Shown here: piece after piece, positions 10,454 through 21,600 of the stretch
Position numbering within the stretch: position 1 is the stretch's first letter
How the letters are laid out: each line of letters opens with the position of its first letter
From: Terriglobia bacterium
GTDB lineage: Bacteria > Acidobacteriota > Terriglobia > 20CM-2-55-15
DNA: 64,000 nt
Assembly (NCBI GenBank): GCA_963664115.2
Contig: CAXWPJ010000006.1
Span: 303,784-367,783 of the forward strand
Reading direction: 5' to 3'
Made by a program: the position numbers and the translations under genes
Notes under the pieces: generated by a model
Database searches by the model: none
The model's input: the letters and a program-made list of their open reading frames with translations, nothing else
Told to the model about the DNA's origin: nothing

Positions 10454-10876
10454 TTAGGATCGGAAGGTTATTTCGGCCAACATGAACGCCATTCCTTCGG
10501 GTACGATGTTCAGCTCCACAAAATCCGTCTTCAGCAGCTTTCGAATGTCGTCCACGACGTCCTGGTCGATGTGGTCGATTCGGAACGTCGCCCGGTGCAA
10601 ACCCGCTTCCGATAGCAGTTCGCAATCCAGAGCTTCCAGGCGCTTGATGATCCAGTGCAGTCGACCCGCGAAGGTGGTGGTGTCCACTTTGCCGTCGATC
10701 TTGACAATAGTTTCTTCGGGCAACCAGCAGAATTTGTCCCCGCCATAGAGTATCCGGTAGTTGCTGCGTTTGACTTCAAGCACCAGCCCGGCATCCTTGG
10801 GGATGCCGAGCTGAGATCGATGATAGGAAGATCCGCAGTAAATGAACTCGCCGACTTCGATGCGATTGGCTTTCAC
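10454..10876 (-). CDS. Hypothetical protein (about 140 aa)
   Basis: Protein-like composition, directly downstream of moeB on the same strand. Start placed at GTG 10876 to avoid overlap. Confidence 0.6.
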   Translation of the reverse strand: MKANRIEVGEFIYCGSSYHRSQLGIPKDAGLVLEVKRSNYRILYGGDKFCWLPEETIVKIDGKVDTTTFAGRLHWIIKRLEALDCELLSEAGLHRATFRIDHIDQDVVDDIRKLLKTDFVELNIVPEGMAFMLAEITFRS

Positions 10877-10901
10877 CTGCGTTATCCAGGGGGCACGGTA
10901 T

Positions 10902-12065
10902 TCAGCCCGTCGCGCAGACAAAATCAGCGATGGACTCCAGATCGATTCGGGGGTTTTCGCCACACGTGGTGCATTTCGGATCTTTGCGGACTTTCACTTG
11001 ACGGAACGTCGCTTCCAGAGCGTCGTAGACCAGGAGTCGGCCTGAGAGGGTTTCCCCGATACCGAGCAGGAGCTTTATGGTTTCCGTTGCCTGAAGAACG
11101 CCTATCGTTCCAGGAAGGACACCCAGGACTCCGGCTTCCGCACAGCTGGGAGCCAGCTCAGGTGGGGCGGCTGCCGGATATAGACACCTGAAGCATGGCC
11201 CTTCGTGGGGGACGAATGTCGAAACCTGTCCATCGAACCGGAAGATGCTGCCATAGGCTACGGGCTTGTTGAGCATGACAGCCGCATCGTTGACCAGATA
11301 TGCCGTAGAGAAGTTATCCGATCCGCTGACGATGACATCGTATTCCTTGAAGATTTCGAGCACATTGGAGGCATCGAGCCTGAGGCTATGGGTGGGGACT
11401 TTAACGTCGGGATTCACCTCGAAAAGAGTCCGGCGTGCAGAGTCGGTTTTCGGCACACCGATTGATGATGTCCAATGCAGAATCTGCCGCTGGAGATTCG
11501 ATTCGTCCACGACGTCGTCGTCGATGATGCCGATCGTCCCCACTCCGGAGGCTGCCAAGTAGATCCCGGCTGAAGAACCCAGTCCCCCGGCTCCAACCAG
11601 CAGGACCTTGCTAGCAAGAAGCTTCAGTTGTCCTTTTTCTCCAACTTCCGGAATCAGCACATGACGGCTGTAGCGAGCCATCTGGTCCTTTCCCACGGTT
11701 TCGGGTACGACCAGCTTAAAGCCCTTGTCTTTCCAATCACGGATGCCGCCGGCCAGCGATTGAACCTTGGAATAGCCAAGCTGATTCAGGCTCTTCGCCG
11801 CGAACGCGGACCGGACACCCCCGGCGCAGTAAACGACGATGGGATGATCCTTGTCCGACAGCATCTTCTCGACTTTGACTTCCAGAAAGCCTCGCGGCAG
11901 AAACTCGGCGCCTTCGATATGGCCTTGGTCCCACTCGTCTTTTTCCCGGACGTCCAACAGGGTGAAATCCCTATTGCTGTCGAGTTTAGCGTTTATTTCC
12001 TCAGGAGTTACCTCCTCAATTTCCTGCTTCACACCGGCGAGTAATTCGTTGAAATTGGGACTCAT
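10902..12065 (-). CDS. moeB: Rhodanese-MoeB/ThiF adenylyltransferase fusion (MoeZ-type)
   Basis: N-terminal rhodanese (DVREKDEW..GHIEGA, YCAGGVRS), RYSRH, GAGGLG, SNLQRQILH, CFRC and SCAEAGVLG. Confidence 0.92.
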   Translation of the reverse strand: MSPNFNELLAGVKQEIEEVTPEEINAKLDSNRDFTLLDVREKDEWDQGHIEGAEFLPRGFLEVKVEKMLSDKDHPIVVYCAGGVRSAFAAKSLNQLGYSKVQSLAGGIRDWKDKGFKLVVPETVGKDQMARYSRHVLIPEVGEKGQLKLLASKVLLVGAGGLGSSAGIYLAASGVGTIGIIDDDVVDESNLQRQILHWTSSIGVPKTDSARRTLFEVNPDVKVPTHSLRLDASNVLEIFKEYDVIVSGSDNFSTAYLVNDAAVMLNKPVAYGSIFRFDGQVSTFVPHEGPCFRCLYPAAAPPELAPSCAEAGVLGVLPGTIGVLQATETIKLLLGIGETLSGRLLVYDALEATFRQVKVRKDPKCTTCGENPRIDLESIADFVCATG

Positions 12066-12201
12066 AGTGCTCCTCGATCGCCCGAATACTTCTTAATCCG
12101 ATTTAAATTGATCAACTTTGTCATGTATCCGACTATTTAAAGTACAACAATGCTCCGGCATTGCGCAAGACTTCTGCCCGAAACGGCGGTGCCGCCTACG
12201 T

Positions 12202-12894
12202 TCAATCGCCCTCGCCCTCCTGTTCCCAAGCCTCCCCCCGCCTCCTGAGTTCGTCGAGAACATTCTGCATTCGCACGTGCCAGTCCCGGACTGCAGACTC
12301 GTCGGCGTCAGGGGGTATCCAAATCGCGGGTGCCGCAAATAGCATTGCCTGCGAGAACGGCATCGGGATCTGGAAGTGGTCCCAGCTGCTGAGTTGAATC
12401 TTACGCTTCAACGCTATGTGAAAGCAGAAAATTCCAGCTCCCGTTTTACGGGCCAGTATGATCGGGCCAGCCTTGGCGACATAGCGTGGACCTCGTGGGC
12501 CGTCTATCGTGAAGCCGACATCATGATTGCTGCGGATTTCGCAAACCATCTGGGCCAGAGCCGGGCCTCCTGCGCGTGAGCTGGAGCCCCGGGCTGCCCC
12601 GTACCCAAGACGCCGGATGCACGCCGCGATGATTTCACCGTCGAGGTTCAGGCTTGTCATTACGACAATGCCCCTGTGTCTCCAGCGCCACGTGGCAGGG
12701 AATATGCGCCCGTGCCAGCACGTGAATATGGCGCGTCGTCCCGTTTTTTGGATTTCCTCGAGGTGTTCGAAGCCCGTCGCCTGCCATCGCAGACTGCGAC
12801 CGATCAACGCGATCGCCCAGTAGCCGATCCATGAAACGAGGCTGATCTTGATGCGCTCGGTTCTTGAGAAACGGCGCGGCTGACCGACCTCCAT
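12202..12894 (-). CDS. Lysophospholipid acyltransferase-like protein (DUF374 type)
   Basis: CWHGR, RGSSSR, TIDGPRGP and SWDHFQIPMPF. Confidence 0.85.
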   Translation of the reverse strand: MEVGQPRRFSRTERIKISLVSWIGYWAIALIGRSLRWQATGFEHLEEIQKTGRRAIFTCWHGRIFPATWRWRHRGIVVMTSLNLDGEIIAACIRRLGYGAARGSSSRAGGPALAQMVCEIRSNHDVGFTIDGPRGPRYVAKAGPIILARKTGAGIFCFHIALKRKIQLSSWDHFQIPMPFSQAMLFAAPAIWIPPDADESAVRDWHVRMQNVLDELRRRGEAWEQEGEGD

Positions 12895-13035
12895 TCAAAT
12901 GTAGTCTTTGGGGTTTCGAGTGAACTTGTCGTAACAGGCGGACGAGCAGAAGTAATACTCCTTGCCCTTGTATTCGGATTTGAATTCCGCCATGTCGGGG
13001 TCGGTTGGCATTTTGCAGACCGGATCAGTTTCCAT
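12895..13035 (-). CDS. YHS-domain small protein
   Basis: METDPVCKM...YKGKEYYFCSSACYDKFTRNP, with an AAGGAG RBS upstream. Confidence 0.88.
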   Translation of the reverse strand: METDPVCKMPTDPDMAEFKSEYKGKEYYFCSSACYDKFTRNPKDYI

Positions 13036-13303
13036 CGCAGCTCCTTCTGTGAAATAGGGGGCAGTCCCTAGAATTTCCCCCAAGGATAAATCAAAACGAG
13101 TGCGCTGCAAACTCGGGTCGTGGATTTGCCGCTCAATGGGCCGCAACGGACGTACGGCATCAGATCTGTCTAGAGAGTGAGAGAGAGACCGGAGTGAAGG
13201 CAAGATCAGGTGTTCGGACGTCCCATTTGTGCTGTTCCGAGTGTGGGTGGAATGGCACCCGGGGCTGCGAACCTATTGAAGACTTTGGAGAGACTATGAT
13301 GGG

Positions 13304-13570
13304 CTAACTGGAAGCCGCTACAGGGATTACGACGAGGCCCATGGGATCCCGAACGACGCCTTCCACACCCAGCGATTCAAAGATCAACGCAGTCTGTTTG
13401 ACGCGCTGAGCAGGCACGGTCAATATCTTTATTGGGCACGCGGATTCTTTCATCTGCATTACGGCCGCCGACAGTTCCCATAGGTTGTTTCCGGTAACCG
13501 CCAGTTCTTCCACCATGCCTTCCAATCCTTCCGGAAATCCTGTCCAGTAGGCATCTGTTGTGTGCATCAC
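13304..13570 (-). CDS. Hypothetical small protein
   Basis: GGGGAG RBS upstream of GTG; plausible composition; no recognised family. Confidence 0.5.
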   Translation of the reverse strand: MMHTTDAYWTGFPEGLEGMVEELAVTGNNLWELSAAVMQMKESACPIKILTVPAQRVKQTALIFESLGVEGVVRDPMGLVVIPVAASS

Positions 13571-13788
13571 GTGCGGGCGCTCCCCGGTTTCGAAGTTGTC
13601 GCTCTTCCTGATATCTGTATCGACTTATTTTCTGGTCTGGGTTACTAAAATATCGAAATTAAGAGGTGAGGGGACAGACGATTCAATGGCCGAATCGCTG
13701 ATTCCCAGGGCTGATGAGATTGCGGTGAGTTCCGAGCGAGTTTGGGGATTCGGTCGTTTGTCCCCTTTATTTGCATACAATAGCGAAC

Positions 13789-14484
13789 ATGAAGATGTTG
13801 CTGTTCGATGTGGATTTGACGCTTGTGAACACAGGAGGTGCGGGCATACGGGCCTTAAATCAAGCCACTGAAGAGGTTTTGGGTTTCCCCGAAGCCATGG
13901 CAGCTATCACGCCCCATGGTAAGACCGACCCAGCCATCGTCCGCGAAATCATTACTCAAAATAACCAGAAAAGTATCAAGGATTTGCAGCATGTTACAGC
14001 GGATATCCTTGACAAATACTTGATATATCTGGAGCGGGAAGTTTTCGATTCAGACGGCTATCGCGTTCTTCCGGGAATCGGTCGCTTGCTCGAAGAATTC
14101 AGTGCCCGTGAGGACGTTCGCCTGGGGCTGGCGACCGGAAACCTGGAGCGGGGTGCCCGGATCAAACTGGAGCGCGGCGGGCTCAATGGGTACTTTGGGT
14201 TCGGCGGCTTCGGTTCCGACGCTGAGGATCGCCGGGAACTGGTCCTCCAGGCGGCCCGGCGGGGTAACCCTGAGAGCAGTGTCGATGTCGCCCGAGCCGA
14301 CACATACGTCATCGGCGACACGCCAAAGGACATCGAAGCCGGCAAGCAGGCAGGGTTTCAGACCATAGGGGTTGCCACCGGGAGTTACTCGGTGGAGGCG
14401 CTCCTAGCGACGGGGGCCGACGTGGTTATCGAAGACTTTATTGTTGGCCGCGATCAGTTCCTGCGTTCCACCCGCGCTGCGTAG
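13789..14484 (+). CDS. HAD-family hydrolase
   Basis: LLFDVDLTL, HGKTD, LATGN, GGFGSD and VIGDTPKD. Confidence 0.88.
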   Translation: MKMLLFDVDLTLVNTGGAGIRALNQATEEVLGFPEAMAAITPHGKTDPAIVREIITQNNQKSIKDLQHVTADILDKYLIYLEREVFDSDGYRVLPGIGRLLEEFSAREDVRLGLATGNLERGARIKLERGGLNGYFGFGGFGSDAEDRRELVLQAARRGNPESSVDVARADTYVIGDTPKDIEAGKQAGFQTIGVATGSYSVEALLATGADVVIEDFIVGRDQFLRSTRAA

Positions 14485-15558
14485 ACGTCGATGCGTTCGA
14501 GCGGGCTCTCGTTATCCGTTTCGACGGCCGCGATACGTTCAACGACATCCATTCCCGCTGTGACTCTTCCAAACACGGTATAGAAGTTGTCCAGGGCGGG
14601 TTGATCGTCCAGGACGATGAAGAACGAGGTCAAGGCACTATCGATTTCCTCGCCACGCGCCATTGAGACGATTCCTGCGACGTGTTTAATCTCGTTTATT
14701 TCTGCGGCAATGGGCACCACGAACTGTTCAGCGTTCTGAGGGTAGGGTTCCGTTCGAGTATTCAGGTCGCCCGTCTGGATCACGAAGCCAGGGGCCACCC
14801 GGTGGAACGCCGTCAGATCATAGACGCCTAAAAATGCCAGGCGCAGGAAGTGTCTGACGTGGTCGGGCGCTTCCTCCGGAAAGAACTCCAGCGTGATATT
14901 CCCGAACGCAGTTTCCAACACCGCCTGATATTCGCCCAGTTCTTCGATGGTTTCCTGACTGAACGGGGGCACCGGTGGCGGGGGTATGTCCCGGATCCTG
15001 ACGTCGAGGATCTCAACGCGTTCAAGCGCGATCTGTCCCTCGTCGGTTGGGGTCATGGAGATTTCATCGAGGACTTCCAGCCCTTCGACCACGTGGGCAA
15101 AGGCCGTGAATTGGCGGGTGAACTGAGGCTGATCACCGATGCAAATAAAGAACTGCGAGCCGGCGCTGGAAGGCTCACCGGGGAGCAGCGTTGCCACGAC
15201 GGTTCCCGACACAAATTCGATGTCGCTGATCTCAAGTTCCAGACCCATGTTAAATCCCCCGGCGCCGTACTCCGTCGTGCGGTCCGGATCTTTGGTGTAG
15301 GGGTCCCCGGTCTGGACGATGCCGGTCGGCACCATGCTGTGGAAGGTCGTGCCGTCATAGAAATCTTCTTCGACGAGTCGAATGAACTGGTCCACGTGGG
15401 CCGGCGCCGCGTCAGGATAAAACTCAATGACAACCTCGCCGACGGCGGTTTCGATCACCGCCTGAAGCTCGTGCGGGTCAGCGGGAATTGGCCGGGCCGT
15501 GTCTGAACTTAAACGATGGGTCCTGCCCGAGGAGCAGAAGTAAAAAAAGGTATCGCAT
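14454..15558 (-). CDS. Secreted tandem cyclophilin-type peptidyl-prolyl isomerase (apparent 1-nt frameshift near 15511-15513)
   Basis: Two cyclophilin domains (YDGTTFH..SAGSQFFI; YDLTAFHRVAPGFVIQTGD..SMAR..YTVFGRV). A signal-like start MRYLFLLLLLGQDP at 15558 lies one base out of frame. Confidence 0.85.
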
Positions 15559-15596
15559 GATGGCTGTTTTTTCCGGCTATATGGCAACGAATTTTA

Positions 15597-16763
15597 TCAC
15601 GACAGGTCCGACCCTCTTCGAAGCGAACCGTCTCCGTATCGATCGTTAATCTTGTCCAGAGCCTGGGCCAATCGTTCGTCCTGTTCGGTGGTTTCGAAAA
15701 GCGAGAGTTGTGCCTCATCGTTGCTTGCCCGAAGCAGGTTGCTGGTTCCGACGCCGATCAACCGGACGCTTTCCTCCAAAGGGAACTTTTCGAACAGCGT
15801 CCGGATCAGCGCGAAGATTTCATTTCCTGTGTTGAGCGCCTCGGGTACCGATTTCTGTCGGGTGAAGGTGGTGAAGCTCGCATATCTCAGTTTGAGGCTT
15901 ATCGTCCGTGTTTTGAAGCCCTGGCGGCGCAATCTGGCAGCGACCTTGTCTGAGAGCCCCCGCAGCGTTTTCAACAGAAGATCGTTGTCGGACGTATCGT
16001 GTTCGAATGTTGTCTCGTTGCTGATGGATTTAGGTTCCCACGCCGAAACGACAGGCCGTTCGTCCTCACCGCGAGCCAAGTGCCAGAGGTGCTCACCGGA
16101 CGCACCGAGCGTTTCGATCATTTTCTCGCGCCCGATGGCGGCGAGTTCTCCGATCGTGTGAACGCCGAGCTTCCGGAGGCGGGTGGCTGTTTTTGGGCCG
16201 ACGCCCCACAGCTTTGAAACTGGAAGAGCGGCAAGAAAGCTCTCGACTTCGGTATTCCCGACGACAACGAACCCGTCGGGTTTATCCAGATCGGATGCGA
16301 TTTTGGCCAGGAACTTGTTGGGTGCCACCCCGACGGAAGCCGTCAGACCCGTCTCTTTCTTTATGGTGGCCTTGACCTCGCGGGCGATCCCTTCGGCGGG
16401 TCCCATCAGCGCTGTGGAACCGCTTACGTCGAGAAATGCCTCGTCGATGCTGATGGGTTCGACCATGTCCGTATATCGGCGCAATATACCCATGATGGCC
16501 ACGGAAACCTCCTGGTAGCGGACCATCCGAGGGCGCAGATAAACGCCGTTCGGGCAGCGCCTCCAGGCGTGGCTGATTGGAAGAGCGGAGTGAATACCGA
16601 ATTGGCGTGCTTCGTAGGAACAGGCGGCAACGACTCCCCGCCCGGTTCCGGCTTTAGGGTCGGCGCCCACGATGACAGCTCGGCCCGCGTATTCGGGTTG
16701 ATCGAGTTGCTCGACAGACGCATAAAAAGCGTCCATGTCCACGTGCAGGATCTGACGCATCAA
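15597..16763 (-). CDS. dinB: DNA polymerase IV
   Basis: HVDMDAFYASVE, SYEAR, SIDEAFLD and NKFLAKIASD. Confidence 0.95.
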   Translation of the reverse strand: MMRQILHVDMDAFYASVEQLDQPEYAGRAVIVGADPKAGTGRGVVAACSYEARQFGIHSALPISHAWRRCPNGVYLRPRMVRYQEVSVAIMGILRRYTDMVEPISIDEAFLDVSGSTALMGPAEGIAREVKATIKKETGLTASVGVAPNKFLAKIASDLDKPDGFVVVGNTEVESFLAALPVSKLWGVGPKTATRLRKLGVHTIGELAAIGREKMIETLGASGEHLWHLARGEDERPVVSAWEPKSISNETTFEHDTSDNDLLLKTLRGLSDKVAARLRRQGFKTRTISLKLRYASFTTFTRQKSVPEALNTGNEIFALIRTLFEKFPLEESVRLIGVGTSNLLRASNDEAQLSLFETTEQDERLAQALDKINDRYGDGSLRRGSDLS

Positions 16764-16785
16764 GCTCGGGAAGAATCTATCTGAG

Positions 16786-17235
16786 TTAGATGTGGTACAT
16801 CACGAGGCGTTCCCGGCTTCGATGCTGCCGTACGAGGTCGGCGTAGGTGACTCCGTTCAGGACCGAAGCGATCGCGCAGTCGACCTCGGCCCAGACAGGT
16901 TTGAACTGGCATGTGCTTTCCCTGTCACAGTCGTTTTCGAAATTGCCGGACTCCAGGCACGAGAGCTGAACAAAAGGACCGCTGATGCTCTGTATGACAT
17001 CGCCGATCGTGATCTCCTCGGGAGGACGCGCCAACACGTAACCGCCGTCTGTACCCCTCTTGCTGCGAACGATATCGACCCGCTTGAGCACCTGCATGAT
17101 CTGAAAGAGAAATTTGGCGGGTATGTTCTGGTGCTCGGCTATGTCCTGGACGCGGATCGGTGAATCAGGATCGTAGTTGAGCGACAATTCGAGCACGGCC
17201 GAACATGCGTATTCGTCCTTTGCTGAGATCTTCAT
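16786..17235 (-). CDS. Rrf2-family transcriptional regulator (three C-terminal Cys, possible Fe-S)
   Basis: VRSKRGTDGGYVLARPPEEITIGDVI followed by C-x9-C-x5-C. Confidence 0.9.
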   Translation of the reverse strand: MKISAKDEYACSAVLELSLNYDPDSPIRVQDIAEHQNIPAKFLFQIMQVLKRVDIVRSKRGTDGGYVLARPPEEITIGDVIQSISGPFVQLSCLESGNFENDCDRESTCQFKPVWAEVDCAIASVLNGVTYADLVRQHRSRERLVMYHI

Positions 17236-17431
17236 GCCGCCCCACTATAGCACGCGAGAATGCCTGTAATTACCGACTAAGCGCTTTGGAATCACCGCAA
17301 AGGCGCACGGGCACAAACAAGAAAATGATGGGAAGTGGACGGACACTTCATGCGACATTGTGGCCTGGCGAGTGTATTTCGGCTGAATTGTCCGTCCTCC
17401 AATCGCTCGACCGACTTTTACCCCAGGGTTG

Positions 17432-18373
17432 CTAAGGACCTTGCGCCTCGCGTTTCGGAGGCTCGTCTGCTGGCCCTCCGGAGATCTTTCTGAGGACCCG
17501 ATTCCACCACATGACGCCGCCGGTTACGAACATTGCTGCAGGAACGAGTCCAAGCGTGGCCCATAAGGCCTGGAGCACGGGGGAGTTCCGGAAGCGGCCG
17601 AAATGAAGTCGTGTGAGCCACAAAAGGACGACATCGCCGGGACGATTTCCCAGAATGTCATCCGGCTCGGAGACGGCGTCAACAACGGCTTGGAATGGAT
17701 CCGGGAAAGCCAGGTAAACTCCCGACACGGCCCAGAGCAGCATCAGAGCGAACACCCAGAATCCCAAGGCACTGTGAAGATCCCAGTTGAACCGGGGCCA
17801 GCGCGATTGCCACCGTATCCCCAAACTTCGGCGCACTCTTTTCCGTCCGGGCCACCAGATGACGGCTCCCGTCAAGATTAGTATCGTGACCAGAATACTG
17901 CCGATGCCATTGATCCTGCGGCCGTTGAAGCCCATCAGCAGGTCATCGTGCAGCTCTGTGAGCCAGAAGATCGCGCGAACGCTATCCGGGAAGGCTTCGC
18001 CGAGGTCTTCCCCTGAGTAGGGATTGAATACACGCTCCTTGATGTCGTCGCCCAACGCCAGGTTGACGGACATTACGGGTCGGCGCCGTGTCACCCGCCT
18101 TCCGATTCTCGTGACCTCATATCCTGGATATGCCCGTTGGGCGGCGATGGTCATCTCTTCCACCGACATCGGCTCCCGATCGGGCTGAAACTCGGGCATG
18201 GGTGATTCCAGCACGCTGATGAGCTCAGCGCTGTAGACGAGGATGCTTCCAGTCACGCTGAGCATCACGATGTAGAGCCCGATCCCCAGTCCGGTCCAGA
18301 GGTGAATCTGGAACATGGCTCTTCGAAGCCAGACGCTCCGGGGCTGGTCGACCCATTGCTTTAGATAATTCAT
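17432..18373 (-). CDS. PepSY-associated TM helix protein
   Basis: IHLWTGL...SVTGS, NPYSGE, ELHDDLL, WDLHSALG and RLHFG. Confidence 0.88.
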   Translation of the reverse strand: MNYLKQWVDQPRSVWLRRAMFQIHLWTGLGIGLYIVMLSVTGSILVYSAELISVLESPMPEFQPDREPMSVEEMTIAAQRAYPGYEVTRIGRRVTRRRPVMSVNLALGDDIKERVFNPYSGEDLGEAFPDSVRAIFWLTELHDDLLMGFNGRRINGIGSILVTILILTGAVIWWPGRKRVRRSLGIRWQSRWPRFNWDLHSALGFWVFALMLLWAVSGVYLAFPDPFQAVVDAVSEPDDILGNRPGDVVLLWLTRLHFGRFRNSPVLQALWATLGLVPAAMFVTGGVMWWNRVLRKISGGPADEPPKREAQGP

Positions 18374-18626
18374 CAGATGGCTCGGTATTATATCTGCGCT
18401 TTCCGCTTTGGCTCGCTATGAACGGACAGGAAAGCTTCGGCAGTAAACTTTAGCCGGAGATTTATCGCGAGTTCCGTCGCCTGTTCTGGACCGGAAGTTC
18501 TTCAGGCCTGAAAAAGGACCCGATCTGTCTGTCTGAATGAGATGCTGAGAAGGCACCGGAAATTTGGGTTTTAGCGACTCCCTTCGAGGCCCTGTGCCTC
18601 GAAGAGTATCTCTATATGTCTGACTT

Positions 18627-21600
18627 ATGCTGAAGTTGCGCCGCATAGAACTGTTTGGGTTCAAGTCTTTTTACGAGCGTTCTGAAATCGTCATCAATGA
18701 TATCGGTATCACTGCCGTCGTGGGTCCCAACGGTTGTGGAAAGAGCAACATCTCCGACGCGATCGCCTGGGTCCTGGGAGAGCAGCGCGCGCGTAGTTTG
18801 CGTGGGGATCGAATGGAAGACGTCATCTTCAGCGGAACGGACCGCCGCTCTGCGCTGGGGATGGCGGAGGTTACGATAAGCCTGGTCGACGACGCACCCG
18901 CACACAGCAACGGTGGACCCCCTCCCGGGCCCATGGAAATGACGGTTCAGCGCCGGCTGTTTCGTTCCGGTGAGAGCCAGTACCTGTTGAACGGACGTCC
19001 GTGTCTCCTGCGCGACATCCAGGACCTGTTTCTGGGCACGGGACTCGGTCCCAACAGCTACGCGATCATCGAGCAGGGCCGGATTGGTCAACTTCTAAGT
19101 GCGCGGCCTTCCGAGCGTAGAACGGTCATTGAAGAAGCCGCCGGAGTCACCAAGTTCAAGGCGAAGCGGAAGCTTGCTGAGTCGCGACTGCAAGCAGCCC
19201 GGAACAACCTGTCCCGCGTCAATGACATCCTCTCAGAGGTCGAGCGCCAGCGGAATTCCTTGAAGCGACAGTCAGGGAAGGCCCGGCGATATCGCCAGGT
19301 CCGCCGGCGGATGAGGGACGTGCTTGGTGCCGTATTCTCGACGCGAGCCGAGTTGCTGATCGATGGTCAGGCGCGCGTTGATCTGGCTCTTGCGGGAATC
19401 TCATCCGAGGGCGAGCGCCTGGAAGCGAAGGTCCGGGAACTGGACGGCCAGGTGCATCGTTCGCGCGAAGGTGTCGAAACCGAAGAAAAGCGACTCGATG
19501 AAGCCCGGGAAGTTCAAGTGGCCACCAAGTTGGATTTGGAAAAAGCTCACCAGCGAATCGAACGCTTTCAGGATCAGGTGCGTTCACTCGATGAACGTCT
19601 TCGGGAGTTGATTGCTGAGAAGGACCGGGTTATGGAGGACCTTAAAACCCGGCAGGAGGAAGTCGCCGCAAGTGTTTCCAGGTTGGGTCAGGCGGATCAG
19701 AGCCTTGTTGAAGCCCGGACGAACCACGAGAGGGCGCAGGCCACTCTGGAAGCGACCGGGAGGCTTGGAAGCGAAACCGAGGCGACCATCGACGGACTCA
19801 GGAACAGCCGTTTCGATATCGTCGGTTGCGAGGCGAAAATCGGAAACGAGCTTTCGGGTAAGGTAGCTTTGGCCCAACGCTTAGACGGGCAAGTCGACCG
19901 CGTCAAGGGCGAAGAGGAAGAGGCTCTCCGGGCCACCCAGGAGTGCCGGGCAAAGCTTGAAGCCGCCCAACGGCAACATTCCTCAACACAGGCCGAGATC
20001 AGCCGCCTGGCCCTTGAACGTGACCGTGTCGAATCTGAATTTCGGGAAGTTTCCTCCGAGCACGACCTCGCACAGCAAGCTGCCCGGGAAGCACGGTCAA
20101 GCGAGGAGGGGATGCGTCATCGGCTCGAAACGATACGCGAGTTATCTTTGGACCGAGCCTACGGCACCGAAGCGGTGCAGCAGTTCTTTAACCATGTGAG
20201 GGACGAGTCGTGGGCTCCGATGGGAATCGTCGCCGACTTCGTCGAGGTCGAACCCGACTACGAAGCCGTTGTCGAAGACTTGTTCCACAGCGAACTCCAA
20301 TACGTTGTCGTCGAGGACCTGCTGCATGCCGAAAAGGCTTTGGCGATCGCACGCGGAGCCACTCGTGGCCGGCTTGATTTCCTTGTGGCCGATCCCTCAC
20401 CGGAGACTTCCGGAGAGGCTGAGGTCATTTCTGACGCCAAGCCCGTGGTCGATCTCGTCCGATTGGATTCGCGACTGCAGTTTTTCCAGAACCACGTTCG
20501 AAATGCCTACATCGTAGAGGATCTCTCCATTGCCTGGCGTCTCTCCGGCAGCCATCAGGGTAAGACCTTTGTAGCCCGAAGCGGCGAAGTTGTCAGGGAC
20601 CGTGTGATCAGCTGGGGTGAACGTTCCAGCCACGGCCCACTTTCTCTAAAGCGCGAATTACGTGATCTGGATCGCCGTGTGGAAGCAGCTCGTAGGGAAT
20701 CGCATGCCGCTTCCAAAAGGGCTGAAGAACTCGGCGAGCGGATCGAGCGATTGGACCAGTCGAAGCAGGCATTGACCCTCCAGTTGCAGGAGGCTGAGAA
20801 GGAAGCACTCGGGCTCGACCACGGGCAGCAGAGCCTGGCTGCCGAACTTGAAAGAACCCAGCAACGCCTGGAGATGGCACAGGCTGAAATCCGCCGTTTT
20901 GCCGCAGAGCGTAAGGAATTGGAAGATGCGCTGGTCCGCGCGCGGACCGGTTTGGAGACGGTTCGCGCTGAGAAATCCGCGATCGATGAGCAGCTACAGA
21001 TCCAGAGTGAGGAAAGCGGGCGTCTGCGGAGCGATTTGGAGACACAATCTTTAGCTGTTGCCGAATTCAGATCGCAACTGGCGGTGCTCGAGGAACGAAA
21101 AGAGGCTCTCTCGCGCGATATTGCGGCGCTTCGGGTACAGGAGTCGGACCTCGAAGCCCGTTGCCGTCAAGTGGAGGAACAGATCGAGGGTACAGGTGCA
21201 CAGAAAACGGTCGCGCTTGCTTCGATCGAAGCGGACCAGTTGCGGCAGGAAGAACTCGGTGTTCGAGTAGAAGAGCTCCAAGACCAGATCTCCGGGGTTC
21301 TCGGCGGACTCGAAACGCTTCGCAGCAATCTGCACCAGGCCGAGACAGGTTGGGACGAGGCACGGGCCGTGCTCGATGGGTGGAAGGACCGCCATAATCA
21401 ACTCGATATCGAAAAGACGCAGATCGATGCCGATCTGAAACACCTGGTAAGTCTCTGTTTCAGTGAACTGGGGGAAAACATAGAGTCGGTCTGCCTCGAC
21501 AGCTTTGAGACTCTGACACCGGAAGAACTGGAAGAGCGCGACAGCGAGTATCAGGAGTTGCGTCGGAAGATCGATTCGATAGGAGCGGTCAATATGATGG

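Noticed and set aside
20560-20640. SMC hinge glycine motif looks degenerate (SGEVVRDRVISWG)
   Set aside because: Hinge sequences vary by lineage; no claim can be supported without an alignment.
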